A stretch of 63,157 nucleotides of DNA, filler included, from Asterionella formosa (taxonomy: Eukaryota), in the NCBI GenBank assembly GCA_002256025.1. It is 16 parts of 16 records of this genome, joined end to end, with 100 filler letters (N's around TTAATTAATTAA, not from the genome) between each part and the next. Parts side by side here need not be neighbours in the genome. Positions count along the whole stretch, not along the records: positions 1 to 16,225 come from NKIB01005035.1; 15 more parts are not named here. One strand, written 5' to 3'. The notes beneath the pieces were generated by a model. It saw nothing but the letters and a program-made list of their open reading frames with translations, made no database searches and was not told the DNA's origin. The stretch's first letter is position 1. Every line of letters begins with the position of its first letter. Made by a program: the position numbers and the translations under genes. Shown piece by piece: positions 1-10,900 of this stretch.

Positions 1-2
1 TT

Positions 3-740
3 GTACATATGGTATGGCGAGACGCAAACTTGGATTTTGATGGCGAGGGTGTTGTTGCAGGCGAAGTGGTGTCCTTAGATCGATCAGGACGAGTTACGAT
101 GTGGGATTCTGAAGCATTCCAGCCCGTGCGAACAAAAACCGTTTCTTTGGAGAATCAAATGACACCTCCTAGACTAGCTTGGGATCCACATGGAGTTCAT
201 GGCACAGCAGTCACAGTCGGCAGTAACGTGAAAATATTGGACTGGCGAGCTGGCTCCAACACGGAATCAGGAATGATCGAATCCTTCAGAGCTCATCGAT
301 TTGGCGTCGCCGACATTGACTACAATCCAAATAAACCTTTTGTCTTGGCCAGCGCTGGTTTGGATGGCCTGATCAAGTTTTGGGACCTACGCAAGGCGAA
401 AGCCCCACTATTAACTGCTAGAGGGGGCCACACTCACTATGCTTGGAATGTAAAGTACAATCCTTTTCATGATCAGCTTGTTCTATCGACTGGAACCGAT
501 TCAACTGTAAACCTTTGGAGAGTCAGTACTATATCAAGTGCACCACTATTGGTTGACGCAGATGATGCATCAGAAACTTCAGCTCCTAATGTTCGCGTTT
601 TCCGGTATGAACACACCGAGTCAGTTTACGGAATAGCTTGGGGTGTGGCAGATGCATGGCTATATGCAAGCGTTGCTTACGATGGGAAGATTTTAGTCAA
701 CCACGTGCCCTCCAAAGAAAAGTACAAGATATTATTATAG
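3..740 (+). CDS. EIPR1: WD40-repeat protein EIPR1/TSSC1 (EARP/GARP-interacting), probably 5'-partial
   Basis: WD40 repeats (DGLIKFWDLR, HYAWNVKYNPFHDQLVLSTGTDSTVNLW, EHTESVYGIAW) and the family-typical C-terminus ASVAYDG..VNHVPSKEKYKILL. The frame is open to the window start. Confidence 0.85.
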   Translation, partial: VHMVWRDANLDFDGEGVVAGEVVSLDRSGRVTMWDSEAFQPVRTKTVSLENQMTPPRLAWDPHGVHGTAVTVGSNVKILDWRAGSNTESGMIESFRAHRFGVADIDYNPNKPFVLASAGLDGLIKFWDLRKAKAPLLTARGGHTHYAWNVKYNPFHDQLVLSTGTDSTVNLWRVSTISSAPLLVDADDASETSAPNVRVFRYEHTESVYGIAWGVADAWLYASVAYDGKILVNHVPSKEKYKILL

Positions 741-1049
741 CTGAAAAACATACTGATCAACTCTAATCTAAAAAATTCTTCATTCTCTTTTTTTTCTTGC
801 ATACCCATGCAAAATGCACATGTTGAAAGAGGTACACATGATATCTGAAACTTTATCATAAAAATAGGTTCTATGGCTTAGACAAGGTATCAGTCTATGA
901 GAACACTCTGGATCTACTGTAGATTTATCATCACAAAGCAAGTCACAAAACAGGAGCAAAACTAGTCATCTATAACTTATTGCTAATATGATTTGAATTA
1001 TTGTGCAAAATAAGACAAGCAGGAGGAAAATAAGGCCAGGTATTACGGT

Positions 1050-1225
1050 ATATGCGCTTGAAATTTTAGGCAAAAATTAAATTATTGCTTAGGATTGCCG
1101 AAATTCTCTGGACAAACTGGGAACATATCTGCGGTGATTATGAATAACAAGGTATTATTCTGATTGAAATATTTAAATCAGTGGAAATTTGCGTACATGT
1201 ACATAAAATCCTACTCGAATTCGCT
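1050..1225. repeat. Dispersed repeat, inverted copy of ~34975-35160
   Basis: gcaaaaattaaattattgcttaggattgccgaaattctctgga and tgaataacaag...gaaatatttaaatcagtggaaatttgcg match the reverse complement of ~34975-35160 on another scaffold. Confidence 0.75.
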
Positions 1226-3853
1226 TAATATATACATACATTCTCCATAGCTCAATGTATATAAACTCTATACTCCGATCCTGAGTCTGATGCAGATGTT
1301 GGGGTGACAAGAAACGATGGCTAGCTGATATGCCGTTATTGAAATATATTTGTGTATGGTATCTCTGTTAAGATTCAATTAAAAAATGCATTTTAAAAGA
1401 AAGATCGCCCCTTTTAGACTGTCTAGCTCGATTAGATTGCATCATGAGATGTAGATCCTAGTAGCTGATGGTAAGGTGACAATAAGATGGATGATTTGGC
1501 ACAGCTCTGTAGCCCCTTAAGTCACATGCTGCATGTTCATCAAGAAAGCTCCTAAAACTGAGATGCTCAATTGAAAAGTAGTATCATCTTGCGAAATTTT
1601 CTATAAGTTGCTTATCACTGGTCATTGAGCACAATGATAAAAATGTTATGATGGAAAGTAATCAATTGCTATGTCGTGTTCAGATACTTGTTGGAGTGCG
1701 TATTGTATAGGAGAAACAAGGATTCTGCGATCGATGATTAAAAAGCTATCTAAGCATATTTTCGATCCACGTATTCAGGAGATTTTATTGTCAACTTGCG
1801 GTCCCAAAGATTATTTTAATATGTCAAACCAAACAATATGACCTGACATCGTGTTATGGTACCAATTTTCTACATGAAAATATTGTAGTCTCATTCATAA
1901 GTTTATTGATTGTAATTTTAATGAATATCATCAACATTCAACATTGCCAGTTTCGTATGAAGGGCGAAGAAAAAATATCGAGTTATGGCTGAAATGTATT
2001 TTCGAATACTGCTGGATGATGACCTTGAGGATGATTTGTGTGATATAAACTGCAAATCACAAATCTAATGTGCATGCAAGGGCCTACAGGGAAAAGTCGA
2101 CCATGACAGGAGATAACTTATGGAGAAATTAGCAGGAGAATAGAAGCAAGCTTTGCAACACTATCATGTCAAGTCCATACATCACCCACAATCCACACAA
2201 ACTTCCTAGTGGAAAAATTATAATGGGTGCATTCTTCAAATTTGTGTGCATCATTTACAAGCAAAGTTTCCAGAAGAAGAATCCAAGCTGTCAAATCATG
2301 ATTGATGGAGTAAATATACCTGGTCAATCAACCAGTCGAGTCACTATCATGGTTGTTCCAAGTTCTTCCATTCAATTGCATTGGCTGGTCATGCCAGGAA
2401 GCGCTACGCAGGACTAACCTAGAGTATTCTTAAGGCGCTATATAAATGAATTTAAAATAAAATAATAATAATAATAATACAAAGACCCAACTGTGTGCTG
2501 ATTGCTGACTTGAAGAAAGGTTTTTTGGAAGAACATACAATTGGTACCAGATGTTCATATTAGTCGACATGAGATGCATGCAGCAGGTAGATTAAGAAGG
2601 GAAGCGGCAGAAGGAGCAGCAAAGCATGAACGAAAACACTATAATTACAACAACTATTCATCTCCAAGGAAAAAGAAACATATGCCATGATGGATGTGTC
2701 AATGGTCAATTTCCAAGTAAAAAGAAGCCCCCTACCATGATGGAAAAATCAAGGCTCAATTTCCAAGCAGCACAAACTTGAAGGGAGAAAACAGATTTTT
2801 TGCTCATCTTGAAATAAATGAGAATTTTAAACATAAACTCCCTGATGACAGATATCATGAAACTGCATTTTATTGTTTTGATAATCTAGCTTCCATAAAA
2901 ATGTATGATGTTGAGAGTACAAGTGTTGTGACTGACAAAAGTGTCATCAGCATAACAAGTTTTTTGGGAAATGAGGCATCTCCTACAGAGGCTATTTTCT
3001 TCCCTCCAACAAATACAGTACCAATTCCCTCTCTACAACATGACTCTTAAGAACTTGGTGAAATCTGTATTGACTGCCAAGTCATCAACAATGAACAACT
3101 TTGCATTTATTGAAGTAAAGTTGTCTGTTTCATTTGCTGTGATGGGATTTGAAATCTTCAGAACATTTTGTGTTGGCTGTGATGCATTATGCTTTCTTTC
3201 CTGGCACAGTTTCTTCCCCCACCAGCATGACTCTTCCTTAGAAGCTCAAGGCTGCTTCTTTCTCCTTTGCTTAGCCTTTGCTGCTGGATGATGATTGCTG
3301 CATTGGCTCTGATTTGTCATACCACCAGGATTAATTATCAAAAGAGGAGGGTGTGTTGGGTCAACATCAGGAACAATGATCCCTTACCACAGCATACGTA
3401 TGCATATCTTCACTCGGGCAAAGAACAACGATTTCTCTTTGCAATCGGGAGGAATTGTGATTTAATTAGCCCGAGTCCCAACGCTCGGTGTATGTGAGTG
3501 AATCTTCGGGAGTATTCGTTGCACAGTATGTTTCCGCCTACATAAGTCCGTTTCACGTGACAATTTTATATACAGATATGTACTGGAATGCAGAACCAGT
3601 TAGTTGGCTGCTGCCTATATTTTATTTTTATGGCACCAGTCACGTTACCCTGGTACCTGGTCCTACCTCGTAACAGTACTGATATGCATGCGGTCGTATA
3701 ACGGTATTTACTCCCAATGACATAAATTGAAATTCCAGGTGATGTGTCTGCCACGTTCCAGTAAAGCAATGGTTCGTGTATGCTGTATACTTTGACCCTT
3801 GGTATTTATCATTCATACCGGTGGTTTTTGTATGATGCTGTCGTAACATGGAC

Positions 3854-3953
3854 TACCTGCAAGTTGCGGTAATTTTGCTTTAACTAACAATTTAATATCG
3901 GATAAAGATAGCTAAACTTTTAGTTTCAGCAAAATTACCGCAACTTGCTGGTA
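3854..3953. mobile_element. ~100-bp hairpin / MITE-like element
   Basis: Perfect 21-bp inverted repeat gcaagttgcggtaattttgct...agcaaaattaccgcaacttgc, extendable to TACC...GGTA. A diverged copy lies at ~34400-34485. Confidence 0.7.
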
Positions 3954-4190
3954 CTCCGAGTACCCTTGTACCAGGGGTACCAGTTACCAGGTATGACATA
4001 CCGGTATTCAGGAAGTAAGTGCTGGTTCACTGGTACCCTGGTACCAGGTACCTGGTACCTGGTACCTGGTACCGGATACCTGGTATCAGGGTACCCGGTG
4101 CAAGGTCCGTGGGTGGTACCTGGTACCATGGTTCAATATTGTGTGATCCATCTACAGTAAATACCTTACCAGGGGTACCTGGTACCGGTA
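3950..4190. repeat. (GGTACCW)n self-complementary heptamer array
   Basis: ggtaccctggtaccaggtacctggtacctggtacctggtacc plus degenerate flanking units. Confidence 0.9.
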
Positions 4191-4993
4191 GGCAGGATGA
4201 GGTTTTGTTGCACGAATGCCGGTAAATAAATACAATTACAATAACTGTAACTGAATATAAGATTAGTTTTTGACCCTCGCTCCCTCCTTCCAACGGTATT
4301 GCCCTCTTTTTTTGCATCAATGTTCATCCACATATATGGATACTGTAATGATTGTGTCGAAAATGTGCTCGGTCCCTACCAGTGGGAGAAGGTGCACTTA
4401 TGAAAGTCTACTCATCATTATACAGGTGCTAGGGTAGAACTCGTATGTGTGAATGAATGCTACATGTATTTGTGTATGTGTGTATTTATGCAAGTATTTT
4501 GGTTTCTCGATCGTGGATTGCAGAAGCAACGACGAGATGAGTCCCTCTTGGGCCTCGATGCTCTACTCACTGGTAATTCGTTAAATAAAAACTCATATAC
4601 CATATTCTCCATTTATATATACCGGTACATGAAAATTATTTTCAAGAATGATTTACCGGTATTTATCATTCGCTCACGATTACGAAGGATCACCTACACA
4701 GGGTGTGTGTTCAGATTATTGAGCCAGCGCGCAATTCCATTTCTACGACCGACATTCCTATGTAAAGTGTTCGTACATATTACACATATGTAAATGAAAC
4801 AACACCGCTTTCGTGCGTGAATGCCGCTATTTATACGCGATCTCGGTTACGGCTTCAGCGACCATTATTGCTTTGCTTGTATCCACTTGAAAGACCTGTT
4901 CCAAGCGGCGCACGGCACTCAGTCGACAAGGAATAACTTGAACGATACAGCTTTCTGTCAACCTTGCGACTCCTTTGAAAGCGCCGAAACACC

Positions 4994-7900
4994 ATGAAGA
5001 ACAAGAGCCCTTTCCAAGGCAAACGGCGGGGCATGACAAGTGGGTCATCCGACAAGTACGCTGATTTGACAGGTGCTTCCCCGCCGCGACCCTACGGTGA
5101 AGAGGATGGAGGAACTTTCATGAACATGGGTCTGAAGCGGCAGCCAGCTTCTGAACCAGAAACGCTCAATGACCAGAAGTACAATGTTCCTACTTCCAAG
5201 CTCCCTGCATGGATGCAAACACCAAATGGCAGTTCGAGCGGCGGTCTATTGACTCCCAAGACGCCCAAGAAGTCTTCTGTTGCTGGGCTTTCGCGGGTTC
5301 TGGGTAGAGGGAAGGTAACTAATAATTTGGTTCACGGTTCCTCTTCTAGAAATTTGTTGGACGATCAGTCGGTTGCCTCTAATTCCTACCATAACGAATT
5401 GTTGACTGGTTTAGATTCTATTGAGGTGAACTTGATCCTACCTGGACTTGGTGTGATTGCGACTCAAGGTATGAACCCTTCCAAGGCAACAAAACGTAGA
5501 AGTAACTTTGAAAGTTTTAAAGATATCTCCGGCAACTTCCCGGATTCATCCATCGAGGCGGCAGTAGAATGTGAAAGTAAATCCGATCCTCCGGAAAATG
5601 ACGAGGGTGACAAGTCGTCGAATCCTACAGTTGTGGCGAAAGGCAAGGAAACATATGACACTATCGCTAAAGAGAAGCCTACCAAGCTGGAAAAGATCCA
5701 CGAGCTCCTTGTTGCCAACAAAGAGCTGAAGAAAGTCGTCCAGGGGCACCAGAGGGAACTTTTTGAGAAGGACAAGCGTTTACGAGAGCTGGAGAAAGCG
5801 CAATCAAGAACAGGGCAAAGAAGCGGGGAAGAACCCACAAACAACGAGAAGCAAGTAGAAGCTCTTCAAGCTCTCTCTTCGGTATCACAAAAGCAGCATG
5901 ACAGTTTACTATTAGCTGAGATAGAAAACAAGCGGATGCAAAAAGAAATCGATAGGAACCAGAAGGAAAGTAAGCAGCTGAAGAAAGAACTCGCTGCTAA
6001 GAAGAAAGAATCCATCGGCTTGGAAAAAGAGATCAACGCAAACCTGACTGAGATTCTCGGTCTGCGAAAGGAGCTTTCACAAACTCTTCAGCAGCTCGAT
6101 AACCTCGAAGAAGAACAAGATGAGGATCGGTCCAACATTTTTTTTTTGACCAAAGAAATATCTCAATTGCGCTCAGGAAATCCATCTGAACCCGCTGACG
6201 TTATTGCGATGAAGGAGCAGTTAGAATTATCGGAAAGAAACCTGAAAAAGAAGGACCGTCTCATAGAAAACCAACGAAAGGAAGTCGAAAATAAAGTTGG
6301 GCAAATCATGCAACTCAAGACTGAACTGGAACAAGCTGAAAAAAAACTTGAAAAGTCACAGGATGAGTGCGAACGCCTGAAGGAGCTTTCGCAGGACAAC
6401 CCGAATGTTCAAAATCAACTCGAGGATTTGAATCTCCTCAAGCTCGAACTTGAAGAAGTTGAAGCCAAGTTGCAGCATTCGCAGGAGCAGTGCAATCTTT
6501 TAAACAACCTAGCCAGGGCGAATGCGGCCCGTCAAGATCAATTAAAGGGATCGAAGATAGCGTTCGAAGAATCAGAAGAAATGAACCATGCGATTAAAAA
6601 CGAGGAAGCGATGAATCACTTGCAGGTTTACAAAGATCGAAATCTCATTAGTAGTGGGAAGCAGGAGCTTTGCGACATCGAGTCAACAGCTGTTGACTAT
6701 GATCAACTAGAACGAGACATAGAACTATTACAAACTGCTCTTAACGAAGCTAATTACAAGAACAGGGAGCTTATGGAGAAGAACGAATTACTGGAGGGAG
6801 AAAACTTGGCGCTCGTCGCCCTTCGCCACGCCTTCAAAAATGCAGAGGAAGGGAAAGAGGAAGCTGAGGAGAAGGCCCGGAAAGTCGTGTCTGAACTAAA
6901 TACTGATGTAATTAAGTTGCAAATGTCTTTAAGCCAGTCAACAGAGAAATGCGCTAGGCTCGAGACAGAAATTGGTGATTTGCGCGAAGAGTTAAATCGT
7001 TTGCATGCTGGACAGGAAAAATGGCAGAGGAGCACAGAAACAGCAGAGTCTCATACGCAGTTATTCAGCGAGCCTGTTGCAGAAATCCAATCAGCACACC
7101 GAGAAATTTTCGTCTTTCAAGTGGAGATTGAAGATCTGCGCAGCAAAAATTCTGAGTTAGAAGAGCAGTTAAATGCTGTCATTGATGATCGAAATGATTG
7201 GCGAAAGGCAGCAGAAATGGCCGAAATGAGGGCAGACGACTTGCTTCCCTTAGTTGCTACAATTCAGAATTCCAAGGCCGAGGTCATTCTTTTGCGAGAA
7301 GAAGTCGACGAACTTCGCAACGAGAAAGAAAATCTCGAAGAACAAGCGAGAGAACTTTCTGAAGAAAGAGATGCATGGAAGGCATCGGCAGAGGATGCCG
7401 GTTTAGGCGATGCAAAATCACAAGCCAAAGCCTCGCTCGTGGAGGAAGTACAAAAGGAGCTTGCTACATTGCAGTCGCAATCAATAAATCGTTGTCAGAG
7501 CAACCACGACGCTGATCGTTATATCGAAGAGTTGACTTCCGAGCGAGATAATTGGAGGGAAGCTGCCGAACAGGCTCAGTTAGACTTAGAGGACGCACGT
7601 GAAGAACTAAACAATATGCTACCTTTATATGCGGACGCTGAGGAACTGCGAAGGGCTATGAGGCAACAAGAAGCAGAAAGCGACGAATCGAAGAAGGTCA
7701 TCGAACATTGGAGAGCTGTTTCCGAAACGATGCAGACTCAACTTGTCGAGGCGAAAAGTAGTCTTGTTCGGCTCGAACAGCAACGGTCCACTGAAACTAC
7801 AACAACAAAATTGGAGCTCGCAGAGACTAGAACTGCTATAAGTTCATTGAAAGTATTACTAGAGGGGTACGAGACTGATTTGCTCGACATGAAAGTGAAG

Positions 7901-10900
7901 ATATCTGAACTGGAATCCGAGCTGCAAGATGCATCACGCCAGCGAGATGAATGGAAGGACATCGCGAATGTGAACGATTTGGGGGTATCCGAAGGTAACA
8001 GAATGTTTGAAATGCTCCAACTCGAGTGTTCAGAACTGCATGCTGAAGTAGATACGTTGCGTGAGCAGAATGCTGATTTTGAAAATGAAATCAAAGTGAT
8101 TGTCTTTGAGCGAGTCGAGCTTCAGCAAAAGTTAGATGGCACGGTTACCGAACTGCTGGGTTCAAAAAGTGCGCTTGAAATTATCGAGAAGGAGCTATAC
8201 CAGATAGTCCAAGAAAGCAGTGAGTTGCGACTACTGATTGAGAATCTTGAGACTCAACTTTCCAATGTTACAACTGAACGTGACATTTTTGAGGAAAACC
8301 ACAAGCGAGCAATAGCAGATGTCCTGACTGTTACATTTACAGCTCAGGCTAGAAATAGCGAACACCAAGAGTCTATTTCTAGGACGCAGCAATCGCTTGA
8401 GGAGTTACTGACTCAGAAGGCAGACCTTGAAGGTGACCTGGAAGTTGTCGTAAAGGAGCGGGACGGTTGGAAGGAGCTTGCAGAAACCGCCGAAACTGAT
8501 GCCAATGAAGCCCACGACTTGATCGCTTCCTTGGAGGAGAAATTTAACGAATTTTCTGTTGTGGAAAATGAAGTCGTAGAGCTACGACAAGATCGAATCA
8601 CTCTCTGTAGTGAAATCGACGATTTGAGGGACGAAAGAGACGCTCTCAAAGCATCACTTGCGAGAACTCAGTCGAACTTGTCCGAGAACGAGCAGCAACT
8701 GAATTCCAAACTTAGCAGCCTTGACGACGACCTGCACTTGCAAACGAAGAAAATAAAGTCGCTCGAGTTGATTGTCGGAGAGCTTCGAGAGCAGACTTCC
8801 GGCGATGCTTCTGTGATTATGGCGCTCGAGATCATGCTTGAGAAAATCCAAGCCGAAAATGTAGAGTATAAAGCGCAGATCACAGTCCAAGAAGAATCGA
8901 TATCGGAGAAGTCAAACGTAAAGAGTGCAGTTGCGGAACTCGAGGAACAAATATCTAATAATGCCATCGTTATCAAAGGCCTTCGGTCAATGCAGGATGA
9001 TTTTAAGTCTACTATCGAGGAGCTTCAAAATGATAACACGGAATACCGGGCTCAAATCGAATCAATGAACAGATCAATTGAACTTGCCCAATCCACGTTT
9101 TCTGAGAACGAAAAACTTCTAGCTGCTCAACTGAGCTGTCTTGAAGTGGATATTCTGACAGAGAAAACTAAGGCAGTTATTCTGCAAAATAGCATCGAGG
9201 AACTAGAGGGGCAGCGTGAAACGTTAACGAATACTGAATTAGAAATGAGAAAGGAACTCTCATCCTTCAAGGAAGAGGGAGAAGAACTACGTCGTCAAAT
9301 CTCTATGGGCACCTCTGCGATCGCCACTCTTGACTCAAGGAATAATGAACTTGAGGCCATGACAGTGAAACTTAAAAACGAGAACAATGAGTATAAGACT
9401 CGTATCGAAGAATTAACTGCTTTTCTTCAAATTGCTCGTTCGAACTTGTCAGAAAACGAAAAAAAGTTATCTGACCAACTGAGTGCTCTTGCTAGCGAAC
9501 TTCAAGCAGAAAAGAACAAGGCTCAAGTTATGCAAAGCCACGTTGAAGAACTGGAGTCTCAATGTGAAGTGCTTCAAAGCGTTGAACAAGAATGGCGAGA
9601 CGAGATATCAACACTCAACGTTGAAGTTGCGGAATTACGCGATCAGATCTCTTGCGACGCTACTTTGATCTCTGACCTTCAAACGAGTAAAGAGTACTTA
9701 CAGACCTCGATCAATGCACTCAGAATTGAGAATACTGAGTGCATGGGCCATATCGAAGCATCAAAAAGTAATGAATATAAGATCATGCTTGAACTTTCAG
9801 CTCTCAGGCAAGAGGTGACGGAGTTACACAGTCAAATCTCCGACGACGCCGCATTGATCTCTGATTTTCGCTCAAAACAAGATGATTTCGAGAGCCTGGT
9901 CGCGAAACTCCAAAATGAAAACATTGAGTGTAAGGTTGAAATCGACGAGTTGAAAGGATCTCTTGAAACTGCTCATTCTAATTTGTCTCAGAATGAACGC
10001 ACACTATCTACCCAGGTTAATAACCTTGAAAGCGCACTTCAAACAGAAAGGAACAATGTTTCAGTCCTTCAAAAGCACAACGATGAACTAGAGGCTGACA
10101 TTGTCATTCTTCGAATCGCCGAACAAGGCAGTAGAGGTGAGATTTTAACGCTCAAGGGAGAGGTAACAAAATTGCACGAGAAAATTATCAGTGAAACCAC
10201 GTTTATCTCTCACCTTAAAGCACAAAACGAGATCACCGAGACTATGCTTGAAGAGCGTCAGACTGAGGTTTCGGAATTGGAAGTTCAACTGGAAAAGCAA
10301 AGGTCTGAGACCAATGAATGGAAATCAAAGGTGGATGCTTCAGCGGTGGCAGCATTGTCAACTAGTGCATTCCTTGCAAACACGAAGGAAGAACTTGCCC
10401 AAAGTCTGGCGAGGATCAACGCGCTCCAAAAGGAAGTTAATCACATATCGAAGGAAAGGGATGACTGGAAACATCAATCCATTTCAGAATCAGAATCAGC
10501 TGCGAAATCAGTTGCTCTCTTAGAGGATTTGGAACAAGCTTTTAAAGAGGAATGCAGTCAGAGTTTCCTAGTTCAAGTAGGTGAACTTGACCAAACGATT
10601 GCCGACTTGGCCGCGCAAATCGAAGAGCTTGAGAAGGAAAACGAGGACTTGCGTCATAGAAACGAGGGATGCATTTCGCAAATTCAGATTTTCGCCAGAG
10701 ATTTGGACGAGAAAAATTCTGACTTGGACTCGCCAAAGGCAGAATTTCAAGCGCCATCCGTACACTTGAAGTCTGCAATTGCTGTGGAATTGAATTTGAT
10801 CAAAAAGGAAGTGATCAGTCTTCGCCACAGGAATGGCACATATGCATCTCAAGTTGAAAAGTTGACGAAAGAGCGAGATGAGTGGATGATATCATCGCGC

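Noticed and set aside
1900..3500. AT-rich short ORFs, possibly a decayed TE
   Set aside because: No identifiable domain or termini.
3935..4320. Short ORFs rich in VPGT/YQVP/WYLV (also 57914-58797)
   Set aside because: They are translations of the GGTACCW repeat in several frames, with no evidence of coding.
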